From: Histomonas meleagridis 2922-C6/04-290x
Taxonomy: Eukaryota > Protista > Parabasalia
Assembly (NCBI GenBank): GCA_020184695.1
Contig: JAANOX010000231.1
Location: forward strand, 1-64,000
DNA: 64,000 nucleotides
Direction of reading: 5' to 3'
The notes under the pieces are model-generated. The model saw only the letters and a list, made by a program, of their open reading frames with translations, was not told where the DNA came from and did not search any database. This document shows, in pieces, positions 1 to 10,671 of the stretch. A program made the position numbers and the translations under genes. Within the stretch, counting starts at the first letter, position 1, and every line of letters begins with the position of its first letter.

Positions 1-83
1 ATCTCGAACCAACAACCTTTACACAAAAAGTGACACTCGAAAAGTGACACAAAATTTCTGAGGGTTAAAAAAATAAAAAAGTG

Positions 84-285
84 AACCCTTTTTTTGAACC
101 CTCAACGAAACGAAGTAAATTAACATTTTTCGGATGATTTTACAAAATAAAAAATTAAAGCTAATTTTACGGATTATTATAAAACTTAGTTTAAATAATT
201 TAATTTTTTGTCATATTCTTTTTGCGTTAAATCCTTCAATAAATGTTAATTTACTTCGTTTCGTTGAGGGTTCAAAAAAAGGGTT
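84..285. repeat. Perfect 45-bp inverted repeat (84-128 vs 241-285) with 112-bp spacer
   Basis: AACCCTTTTTTTGAACCCTCAACGAAACGAAGTAAATTAACATTT is the exact reverse complement of 241-285. Confidence 0.9.
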
Positions 286-942
286 AAAAAATCACCTTTG
301 AAAATTAAAAGGTACTTTTTACATTCAAAATCTCAGTTAATAACAACTTTAAGCTCCAAACACTAAAATCCACATAGGATTAACAACAAATTCTTTCCGA
401 TAAATCAACCGTCAACTTTTGCGTTAAAGCCTTCAAAAAATGCTCATTTTCTCCGTTTCGTAAAGGGTTAAAAAAAAAGGTTAAAAAATCACCTTTGAAA
501 ATTAAAAGGTACTTTTTACATTCAAAATCTCAGTTAATAACAACTTTAAGCTCCAAACACTAAAATCTACATAGGATTAACAACAAATTCTTACTGATAT
601 ATCAACCGTCAACTTTTGCGTTAAATCCTTCAAAAAATGCTTATTTTCTTCGTTTCGTTGAGGGTTCAAAAAAAGGGTTAAAAAATCACCTTTGAAAATT
701 AAAAGGTACTTTTTACATTCAAAATCTCAGTTAATAACAACTTTAAGCTCCAAACACTAAAATCCACATAGGATTAACAACAAATTCTTACCGATATATC
801 AACCGTCAACTTTTTGCGTTAAAGCCTTCAAAAAATGCTCATTTTCTCCGTTTCGTTGAGGGTTCAAAAAAAGGGTTAAAAAATCACCTTTGAAAATTAA
901 AAGGTACTTTTTACATTCACAACCTCAGTTAATAACAACTTT
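219..942 (+). repeat. Tandem array of ~197-bp unit, ~3.7 copies
   Basis: Anchor ATCACCTTTG at 291, 488, 685, 883. Further copies of the unit lie at 5424-5700 and inverted near 23200-23330/24570-24640. Confidence 0.95.
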
Positions 943-1283
943 CCACGTAGCATTAACAACAACTCATCCGTTATCATCATCAGCTCCAGTAAACATGCAA
1001 TATTCACGTCAAATCACTAAAATGGAGAAACTCATTCAGCTTTTCCGAATTTCCTTTAGCTAATAACTTTTTTAGTTAGTTAGTTAGTTAGTTAGTTTGT
1101 CATGCCTCACACATTTAAAAAATAAATGTCATCATGAATTTAAATATATTTAATTACTTTCAATCAAAACCAACCGATTTATGAAAATCAATCGCGTTTA
1201 CACCGTTCATCCTTTAGTTTATGTAGCGCGAGTGGGCGCGAGTGCGTAGCACGAAGCTCACATAGCGCTGTGTGTGTGTGTGG

Positions 1284-1722
1284 GTAATATCATCCCTCAA
1301 ACGATGATACTTCTTCTTAAGCTTTTTATGCTTACCTGTTAATTTATCTAATCGTGAATTTAATTCAATTATATGCTCCATTAATAATTGATCGTTTGAT
1401 AAATAAACTTTACCGTCGTTGTTGTTTTTTTATTTACTTTTTTTGACTAACCGTTTGAGTTTTTTTGATTTCTTTGCTGTAACTCTAGCGTTACCGTTCT
1501 TGAAAAATTTGACGTCAAAAAATTCATTTTCAATTCCTTTTTTAGCATTAGCAATTATAATTTCTTTTTCTTCTTGTGTTAAATCTTTTACCGCTTTCTT
1601 TGTTATCTTAACATCAGATGTTTTTTCTTCATCAACGTTTTTATATCTCATCCAAAAACAATTTCTGTTTCGCTCCGAAGGAGCTCAGGCTCGTAGAGCC
1701 GTTCAGTCTCGTTCTCTGCCAT
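1284..1722 (-). pseudogene. Virus-like hypothetical protein, copy 1 (acidic N-terminus, coiled coil); disrupted and 3'-truncated
   Basis: Homologous to 36311-36916 (VDEEKTSDVKITKKAVKDLTQEEKEIIIANAKKG...ELNSRLDKLTGKHKKLKKK); stop and frameshifts; cut at the (GT)n at 1282. Confidence 0.8.
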
Positions 1723-1760
1723 TTATTAAATATAAAAAAAAAAAAAAATCATTTAATGAA

Positions 1761-2226
1761 TCACATTAATCCAGGAATCATTACTCTTGGTTGAGGTTTC
1801 ATTACCGCAGGTTTCATTTGATATCTTTGTTGCTTACCTAAATTTTGTTCGTGTTCGATCCATTGTTTAAATTTATCGCCTGCTTGAATCCACGGTTGAG
1901 TTTTTATCCGAAATCTTTTTGACGTGTGTCTAAAACACGTTCGGCTACTTCGTTGCCTTTATCTACGGCTCGTTTAATTTTGTCTTTAATCTTACCGTCA
2001 GGAACTGCAACAACTAATTTATCTATTCTTATCTGTTATATCTCCTTTACGCTTTCTTACCGTATCAATTATTCCTGGAATCTTTTTTACCAAATTCAAT
2101 TCCTCGACTGATTATTGGCGAGACCTTACCGTAAATTCTCTTTCCTTTATCAATAACATTTCTTACAAGTCGTCCTGCATTTTGAATAAATTTTCTTATT
2201 CCACCGAATATACGACCTAATCCCAT
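1761..2226 (-). pseudogene. Amphipathic-helix virus-like protein, copy 1 (frameshifted)
   Basis: Manual translation MGLGRIFGGIRKFIQNAGRLVRK..IDKGKRIYGKVSPIISRGIEFGKKIPGIIDTV..AVPDGKIKDKIKRAVDKG; homologous to 35788-36263. Confidence 0.7.
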
Positions 2227-2262
2227 TTAATATAATTAAAAAAACGTTTTAATAACTCTTAA

Positions 2263-3410
2263 ATGAGTCTAAACGTTAACAAAGAAATTGACAAAACACA
2301 TTTTAAAACTTACAGTCACGTTAAAAAACACGTGCAAAATAAATTTCCAAATGTTAGTGAAAAGAAAAATTAAAAAAGTAATATCAAGGAGATTGAAGGA
2401 TAAATTTATTAAAACAAAAGATATAAAACCTTATATGATAAAAATATTTTCAACTATTCCAAATTGTTGGTTTCATGATTTATATGATAATGGAAAAAAT
2501 AAAAATCCTCGTTATTGGCACGTGTTTATTGGCACAAATAATAGATACGTTTACTGTTTACCGTTGATGTCAAAATCAGCTTTGGCAGTTCATGAAACAT
2601 TAAAACAATTCATTGTCAAATTCCATCCTGTAAAATTAACGTCAGATGAAGAACCAGCATTTATTGAAAAAAATAATTTAAAACTTCTTTCTAAAAATAA
2701 AGTTGCCGTTCATACTATATCAGACAAAAACCATTCGTCTTTAGGCATTATTGATAGATTCATGCGAACAATAAGAGATATGAATACTCCAACGGAAAAA
2801 AATAAACATCAATCACATGATGAAAAAAATCCACATTTATTACTCCAGAAAGAATGAAAAAGTTTCTGAATATTTATAATAATACTTACCATTAAGCCAT
2901 CGGTTGTTCTCCAAAAGAAATGTTTGATAATAAAGATTTAGAAAAAGAATATATATTTAAATGTTTCGAATCTTCTGAAAAACACAAAATGTATTAAGAA
3001 TTTAATTCTTCCTGTTCGCTCTTTTGTACGCTATATATTACCGCGTCATAATGGCATAACTAAGAAAAAGATTTCAAATCAGTCGTGAATGTTATAAAAT
3101 TGATGAACGGAAAAGGAAATATGTACGTTTTTAATTGCTCAAGACGGAACAGTAATTACTAAAACCAAGATACAAACTAATACCTATTGGTAAGAATAAA
3201 CCAAATAATATTAAATGGGCGTCAACTATTCCTGGTAAATGGGTTGGTTCTGTTGAGTCAATTTTGTCATTTAATCCTAAAACAAATAAGTATAAAGTAC
3301 TTTTTACCGTTCCTGGGAAACGTTCATACAAAGATGAAATTCCTGCTTCATTTCTCCGCGGTAATACTCCTCATAAACAGTCAGAAATTGAAAAGAGAAT
3401 TTTTTGCTAA
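2263..3410 (+). pseudogene. Polinton/Maverick-type rve (retroviral-like) integrase, copy 1, frameshifted
   Basis: CWFHDL, TSDEEPAF, GIIDRFMRTI catalytic motifs; YNNTYHxAIGCSP motif; VxSFVRY SH3-like segment; chromodomain-like tail (VESILSFNPKTNKYKVLF). Several frameshifts and stops. Confidence 0.85.
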
Positions 3411-3441
3411 GCAAAACTGATATTAACATTTATTTTTATAC

Positions 3442-5423
3442 ATGACAAACTAACTAACTAACTAACCTAACAAAATAATTTTGGAGAAAGACTTTTCAGA
3501 AACAGTCATATCTGAGGCATCATCATTTTTGATTGTGTCAAATCAGCTGAAAATTACAAGTTTGAAGCAGTAAATGCAACATTCAACATAGAAATAAGCC
3601 TTTTCCGTTAGCTTATAGTCATTAACTCCCGTAAACTTGCAAAATTCACGTCAAATCATCAAGTTAGAATTCAACCTCAAAAATATATAGACTTTTACGA
3701 AAAGGCTTTCTCGAATTTTTTTTGTTAGGTTAGTTAGTTAGTTAGTTTGTCATGAGCTATTCAAAAATTAATATATTCATATCTTACAATAAAATGTGAT
3801 TCGTTTATTATTTCTAACGGTTGACCTTTTATTAAAATGTTCTTTAACGACTTTCAACAATGAAAAGCTTCTTGTTGTTAAATTTGATCCAAAGTAATTA
3901 TTATACATATCGCATAGTTCACCAATCTCTAATTCTCCGTCAGGAACTGAATTAAGAAATGAATCGAAACTTAATTCAATACTCTGAACTTTTGTTTTTA
4001 CTTCTTGTTTCTCTTCTGTATTAATTCCTAATTTCTCCATTAACGTTTGAATATAATCGGAAAATCTACTTTCTAATACTTCCGGTAAATCTCTAATTAA
4101 AATTTGATTTATATCTCTTACGATTGACTGAGCATATACTTTTATTGCAGTTGAATTTTCAAATGTTATTGAACTTTTAGCTATTGAACCGATGGAGTTT
4201 TTCATGAAATTATAAATTGTCATAAAATGATCGCAAATGAATTTTTCAAATGATTTCTTTAAATACTGTTCAATTGTTAGATACTCTTCCGTTTCATTAA
4301 ATTGTATTTTTGCGATCAGAAATTGTAATCTATTAATCAAAGTTTGATTGTGTTCGGTAAACGCTTTAATTACTTTTTGTGATGACTTAGTATCAAATAC
4401 GTTTCTTATAGTTTTTTCATATTTATTTCGACTTATTTCATCAAAAGCATTTTTATACATATCGTAATACTCGTCCAACAATTCCGTATAATTCTTATTG
4501 ACACATTCATGTACAAATTCATTAAGATTTCTTATAACATCTTTATTTGAATGAGGAATCGACAAAAACTCAATCAATCTTTTTCTTTCTTCTTCTTGCT
4601 CTCTCTGTAAACATTTTTCTTTCCATTCAACCAATGTAAATTTTTGTTCATGAACTAAGCGGTCGTAAACGACAATTTGTTCTTGAAGTTCTTGTTCCAT
4701 TTCTTTGTAAATGTGATTTTCGCGATAATATTTATTTATTAATCTATCTTCAATTATTTCTGGAAGGTTCTTCTGCATGTTCTTCAAATTTTCAATATCT
4801 TCTAAATCATCTTTATCCAATTCATATTTTCCGATAATAGCTTCGTACTGTTTTAATTTCTTTTCGATTTTATGGTCTAAAGTATCGTACTGTTCATCAA
4901 AATTTTCATTAACGTAAGTATCAATTGCTTCTTTATCAAAGAGTTTTAATTTCTCTTCACTGTGTTTAATGACGCTTTCGAAATGCTCTATGTTCCATAA
5001 AAGAGAATTATAATAATTTGATTGTGGTTTAAAAACTTCAATCGGACAATCATTCACCGAGCATTTCATTAAACTTTTGCCGTAATTGTAAACGTAATTT
5101 TCAAGAGTTGTTGTTGCAGTAAGTGAAACTAACTTATCACTCATTTATATACAAATAAAAAAATTAAATTTAAAATAAAACTAACTTTATTTTTTCTGAG
5201 CAAACAAGCGTTTCCTGAACTACAACATTAATAAACAGCATAAAATGCAACATTCAACATAGAAATAAGCCTTTTCCGTCAATTAATCATCAGCAGCTCC
5301 CGTAAACTTGCAAAATTCACGTCAAATCATCAAGTTAGAATTCAACCTCAAAAATATATAGACTTTTACGAAAAGGCTTTCTCGAATTTTTTTTGTTAGG
5401 TTAGTTAGTTAGTTAGTTTGTCA
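3442..5423. mobile_element. Putative element with ~55-bp inverted ends containing (CTAA)n/(TTAG)n and ~180-bp internal direct repeats flanking one ORF
   Basis: ATGACAAACTAACTAACTAACTAACCTAAC at 3442 is inverted relative to GTTAGGTTAGTTAGTTAGTTAGTTTGTCAT ending at 3753 and 5423. 3572-3753 and 5244-5423 are near-identical direct repeats. No TSD seen. Confidence 0.55.
3777..5144 (-). CDS. Orphan 455-aa coiled-coil protein with possible C-terminal winged-helix-like domain
   Basis: Intact long ORF amid decayed neighbours; E/K-rich helical body; C-terminal ~65 aa helix-helix-helix-hairpin pattern. No family recognised. Confidence 0.75.
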   Translation of the reverse strand: MSDKLVSLTATTTLENYVYNYGKSLMKCSVNDCPIEVFKPQSNYYNSLLWNIEHFESVIKHSEEKLKLFDKEAIDTYVNENFDEQYDTLDHKIEKKLKQYEAIIGKYELDKDDLEDIENLKNMQKNLPEIIEDRLINKYYRENHIYKEMEQELQEQIVVYDRLVHEQKFTLVEWKEKCLQREQEEERKRLIEFLSIPHSNKDVIRNLNEFVHECVNKNYTELLDEYYDMYKNAFDEISRNKYEKTIRNVFDTKSSQKVIKAFTEHNQTLINRLQFLIAKIQFNETEEYLTIEQYLKKSFEKFICDHFMTIYNFMKNSIGSIAKSSITFENSTAIKVYAQSIVRDINQILIRDLPEVLESRFSDYIQTLMEKLGINTEEKQEVKTKVQSIELSFDSFLNSVPDGELEIGELCDMYNNYFGSNLTTRSFSLLKVVKEHFNKRSTVRNNKRITFYCKI

Positions 5424-6123
5424 TTAAGCTCCAAACACTAAAATCTACATAGGATTAACAACAAATTCTTACCGATATATCAACCGTCAACTTTTGCGTT
5501 AAATCCTTCAAAAAATGCTCATTTTCTCCGTTTCGTAAAGGGTTAAAAAAAGGGTTAGAAAAAAAGTTAAAAAAACATTTTTGAAAATTTAATGGTACTT
5601 TTTGAGTTCAAAACCTCAGTTAATAACAACTTTAAGCTCCAAACACTAAAATCTACATAGGATTAACAACAAAACACTAAAATCCACATAGTATTAACAA
5701 CAACTCAGCCGGATTCATGCCTCACACATTTAAAATATAAATGTCATCATGAATTTGAATATATTTTTATCAAAAGGGCGAAAGGGTAAGAGGGAAATCA
5801 AAACTTATTCATATAAATCAAATCTTCAGCAATTAAAAATCAGTCGTCCCCCCTGCCCTTTTTACCTTTCACTTCATAAATCAAATAATAAGCATTGCTC
5901 TTATCCCGTTTATTATATTATATTTACTTTTTCCCTTTTACTTTATAAATCAAATAATAATAAAGATAGAAAAGAAATTAAATATTTACCGCACATGTTA
6001 CCGTAAAATTGACCGTTAATCCTAATTCTCAATCATCCTATATCGTTAATGCTTTCTTATATGTACTGCGTGATTGAGCGTAGCGCGTAGCGCAAGCTCA
6101 AATAGCGCTGTGTGTGTGTGTGT
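5424..6123 (+). mobile_element. Second (5'-incomplete) copy of the repeat-hairpin-(GT)n element
   Basis: ~1.4 copies of the 197-bp unit, GCCTCACACATTT module, TTGAGC..GCTCAA hairpin (6074-6101), (GT)n 6110-6123. Confidence 0.75.
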
Positions 6124-6700
6124 ATTGATCTGAAATTGTTTCAACTTGGTTGTACAAAAAAGAAAAGTGTGTTTGCTAATAGCAAGACAGGGTAAATAAA
6201 TGCACAAATATTCAAGAAGTGGTTAAATGAATGCTAGTTAAATGATTCAGAGATCAAAAGGAATCAAATGAATTGAGATGGTCCAGCAATTTCGATTCTT
6301 ATTGATTGTTGTTCATTTAATGATACAGAAGGGATTGGAGGCTACTTAATTGAACGGAATGTTCATCTCAGATATTTTACATATCATCCTAGTGATCAGC
6401 TACAGTTTCTCGATATCGGGGTCTTTTGAAATCAAAAAGGACGAATGGCGAACATTTATCTTATGCTGATCTCACAGCTCACCCCCACTGAAGTTATACG
6501 GATTTATGATTCATTCATAATGTCCACAGTTCCAAGGTGCGATTCTAAAAAAAATATTTCAATGATGAATTATGATACCTTTTATAACTTCATTAATAGA
6601 AAATGTAAAGGGTTCAATATTTCGTAGAAGATAAAATGAGCCCTTGTTCTTAAAGTTAATCATACTTCTCCAATCGTATTTTCCATTCATCATTAGAGAC
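6124..6700 (+). pseudogene. pogo-like (DDE_1) transposase remnant
   Basis: Fragments SKTG*INAQIFKKWLNEC, DGPAI..IDCCS, HPSDQLQFLDIGVF resemble the SxxGW/Y, xLxxD and SxxLQPLDxGVF motifs of pogo/Tigger; many stops. Confidence 0.6.
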
Positions 6701-6940
6701 GTCGTTGTACATATTAGTGATATGAACGATTAAAGCTTTTTGAACAATCAGATCAAAAAAAACTTTTTGTAAGAATGAATAGCTGCTAAAAAATGTGACT
6801 TAACCAGAAACTGATCTGCAATAAAATTTTGTATAAAACATGATCGTAAATTTTCTTATTTAAATTCAAATTTTTCAGTTATAAAAACACTATTTTAGGA
6901 TTCGATTTACTACTATTAATCATACAATTGACATTAATAA

Positions 6941-7926
6941 ATGGGAGCTAAGATTGGTTTAAGAAAATATCGAAAAAAACACGAAATTGATTTAACAAAA
7001 ACACCAAATCTCCAAGAAAGGAGATGGGTATTCACATGGAATAACCCTCCGGATAATTGGCAACAATCACTTCAAAATAATGTTGAAATGATGGAGAAAA
7101 CAGTATATCTTGTCGCAGAGAAGGAATTCGCACCATCCACAAGTACTGTTCATATACAAGGCTACATTAGATTCAATAATATAGTTTACAGAAATAAAGT
7201 AAAAAGATGGATCCCAAACAGTTACATTGATATAGCAGTTGGTACTGAATTACGAAATTATAAGTATTGTACTAAAACTAATAATGAAGTACTTAAAATC
7301 GGTAACCGTTACACAACAGTAGTAAATATAATAGAGAAGGAAAGAAAAATTAGATTGATGAAGAAATATGCTCTGAATTTGCCTTGGGTTGAATCCGAAA
7401 TTATATATCAATATGAAGCTTTTCACCATTAAAATAAATTACAATAATACATACTAAGGAACAGATAGAAGACAATCGCTTGGAACGGCAGGTTAGAAGA
7501 TAAAAATTTATAAATACGGGGAAAATACCGCCAGGTACAGGGAAAAGTACTTGGGCTAGGAAACGAGCTTCTGATCTGTCAAAAATGTACATAGAAAATT
7601 TAAACAAATGGTGGGATGGATTCCGACCTGAGAAAGTGGAGGTGGTGGTTCTTGATGAAATGAACCGGTCAAAACATGTATTGGCGGATCAAATAAAGGA
7701 TTGGGGGGACAGATTCCTATCCACAGGCGAAATTATAAGTAGTGCTATGACTATTGATATAGGTAAGTTATTTATAATAATTACGTCTAATTATTCAATT
7801 GAAGAATGTTTCCCTACAACACAGGTTCAAGATGCAATCATAAGAAAATTTGCGTAAATACATATTATATCAGAAAAAGATATTTTACTAATGACTCAAA
7901 TGCATCATTCGATACTTGATCAGTAA
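6941..7926 (+). pseudogene. rep: Endogenous CRESS-DNA virus Rep (HUH endonuclease + SF3 helicase), disrupted
   Basis: RCR motif I WVFTWNN, motif II HIQGY, motif III YKYCTK; Walker A PPGTGKS, KWWDGF, Walker B VVVLDEM, motif C IITSN, Arg-finger region AIIRKF. Stops at 7430 and 7511 and a frameshift before Walker A. Confidence 0.93.
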
Positions 7927-8805
7927 AAATTAATTCATTTGACAATTTTAATTCAAATCTTGTTTATAGTACCAAAAATTAAATACAATTGACAAGGTTT
8001 GTTAGCAAGACAAAAAAATTTTTACGGTTATCGATCAAAACGAATTGGATTTAGGAAATAAAGTATTCAATTCAGACTATCGAACGACCGTTTATCAGAC
8101 GAAAATGATATCACTTTCACTAGGAAATTTAATCTTATGTATATAACATAAGATTATTGGAAAAATAACAACATTCGTTGTTATTATTGGATTATTATCA
8201 GTTTTGTATTTCCATCTTTAAATACTGTATAATAAATACTTCTATTGAATTATTTTTATTTTGTAAAACATCATTGATAAATTTTCCTGTTAAATTTCAA
8301 TTGATCCTGTACTACTCGCAACGACCTTATTAATATTAATCATGAATAAATTTTTAACAGCAACATGGAAATCTGAAAGTTTAATAAACGTATTTTTCGT
8401 TTTAGCTGACTGAAGTGACTGGGTTATACCGGTATAAGAGTTTGCTTGTATTATCTAGGTGAACATCATATCTAATATACTCGTTAAAAAAAGGTTGAAT
8501 ACATTAAACGGCTTGCATTCAAGATATGATAAAACAGTAATTGCCTTAATTTGCATTATTTCTGAAGAAAAAATAAATATATCATCATATTCGGTTTGAA
8601 TAATGCGTTTCAAATATCTGAGAATTTCGATTAGAAAATTCATCAAAAATAATGATTGAAGTTATCTTATCATTTTTCAAATACAATAACTTACTTCACA
8701 CTATTTAAATGTAAATGTATATGTATATGTATATTTGACAAAATTAGTTGTAATTATTATATTTATAAAAATAAATAGGGTAAAATTAAGATTTTTTATT
8801 TCCTA

Positions 8806-10078
8806 TAGGGTGTTCGGTTAATTCGTGCAAAAAAAATATATAAATATTAAATCACTAAACACTATATAAAATTTAAAAGTATTTTTAAATAGCTTTTAAC
8901 TGATATGGTTAATGTTGAAATTATCCATTAAGAAATTGAAATTTAACCATTACAATATTTTTTTGTACGTTAAAAATTGTACGTTAAGCATATGGAACAG
9001 CTTCTCTTCATTGAAGAACTCGTTAAAAAAGGGCTCCCGACGAAGAAAATAAGAAAAAAATTAAACAAGAAGTTCGGTGAGAGTGCGTCAAAGGACTCAG
9101 CAATGTATAAATGGATCAGAATGGTCAAATTAAATTTTAGAGTTGATGAGAAAATCTATAGACCTGGTAGACCTATAGATGAACAACTTATGTTCCGTAT
9201 TCAAGCAGAACACCAAAAAAATCAATTTTCTTCGGTCCGAAGCATTGCGCACACTCTAAATGCTCCAATTTCTACTGTCTATCATTATATGACAGATTAC
9301 CTTGGTTTAGTATTTCGTTATACAAGGTGGGTTCCGCACATTTTATCTGACGATCAGAAAGTGAAAAGGATCCGTTTATGCCAAGAGCTTTATCAAGTTA
9401 TCATCAAGAGTATAAAGAATTCTTATCGTGATTTGATAACTGGGGATGAGTCATAATTCCTTTATAATTATGCACCAAGGGGAGCATGGACAATAGATAG
9501 TGAAACTCATCCACTTATTGAGTCCGGACTCATTTGTCGTGAAAAAATGATGAGTACAATTGTTTGGGGAGTTTGGGGAATATATATAATAGATGAATCT
9601 TCAAAAAACACAACAATGGATAGTAATTATTTTATTAATAATATTATAATTCCATTGCATGAACAAAAAAACAATATTTGGCCTAATTCCGGCCGCAAAA
9701 GAATATGGTTGCATATTGACAATGCAAGTGTGCACAACTCAAACATGACCAAAGAAAAAATCCAAAAGATTCAAGAGAGCACCTCATCCCGTTTTCAGCT
9801 GATGTTGCACCATCTGATTTCTTTCTTTTTGGCTACGTGAAAAAAAAACTCAGAGGTCAAAGATTTAAGACAAGATTTGAACTTTATGAAGCAATCAATG
9901 AAATTGTTCAAGCGATTCCACACGAAATGAAAGTGAAAGTTTTTGATGAATGGGCAAATCGTTGCAAATGGGTTTTCGAACATGATGGATCCTATTTCAT
10001 CAGTGATTAATAAAAAATCACTAATTTTGATTAAAATCTCATATTCATAAAAATTGCGCGAAATAACCGAACACCCTA
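8806..10078 (+). mobile_element. mariner element 1 (1273 bp), defective transposase 8992-10010
   Basis: TIR TAGGGTGTTCGGTTA(A/T)TTCG(T/C)GCAA, TA flanks both sides; RWVPH, TGDES*F, LHIDNA motifs; one stop (9454) and a frameshift near the C-terminus. Confidence 0.95.
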
Positions 10079-10086
10079 TAATTGGT

Positions 10087-10279
10087 ATGGACAGAAATTT
10101 CCGGCCGATGTACGTTTTTTCCGGCCCCCGTCAAAACCGTTGGAGCCGAAAGAAGCTTTGGACAGAAATTTCCGGCAAATGGACATTTCTTCCGGCTCGC
10201 GGCCATTTACTCTGAACAACGGTTATTTTCCGGAAAGAAATATCAGGCCGATGGACAGATTTTCTTGTCCGGTACTGTA
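10087..10279 (-). mobile_element. GC-rich solo end of a Tc1-like element with internal repeats
   Basis: Reverse strand begins TA-CAGTACCGGACAAG; repeated GGACAGAAATTTCCGGC. Partner end not found. Confidence 0.4.
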
Positions 10280-10671
10280 ATAACCATTTCATGTTTAATT
10301 AGAATAATATTCTAAACCATTATGTAAATTTAATAAGAAATAAGTATATGGATTAGAGATAAAATAATTAAACTTATTGATAGATTTATTGGTAAAGTTT
10401 GTAAAAAAGTAGCTAAACCCATAGTAAACATCGTTTGTAAAATATCTGGTATCGAAAATTATCCTGGATATGCAGGTGTTATTGCAAAAAGAATTAAAAT
10501 AGCTCATATATTTTCATATGTTATTGACGGTATAGAGATCAAGCTAAATAAATGAATATATTTCATTAATTTGATCAAATTGGTTCAAAGACTTATGATC
10601 CATTATATTCATACCTGTTATATTTTTTCATATTTATTAATGTCTGATAACAAAAAGGTGATCAAGACTTA

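Larger units (their letters stand above)
1..1282 (+). mobile_element. Non-autonomous asymmetric repeat element (terminal motif + ~197-bp tandem repeats + GC hairpin + (GT)n tail); true 5' end may lie outside window
   Basis: Start ATCTCGAACCAAC..AAAAAGTGACAC matches the reverse complement of 24721-24762. The 3' module (GCCTCACACATTT..hairpin..GCTGTGTGTG) recurs at ~5716-6123 and inverted at 22990-23200. The (GT)n end truncates a virus-like ORF that continues in the homologous copy at 36311-36916. Confidence 0.7.

Noticed and set aside
219-942. CRISPR-like array
   Set aside because: Units are ~197-bp near-identical tandem repeats without unique spacers; no cas genes; eukaryotic context.
1072-5423. 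(TTAG)n blocks as true telomere
   Set aside because: Only 4-6 units, internal, in both orientations and always embedded in the same flanking module.
6700-8800. CRESS origin stem-loop with nonanucleotide
   Set aside because: No NANTATTAC-type motif in a GC stem found; TAATATTAA near 8331 has no stem.
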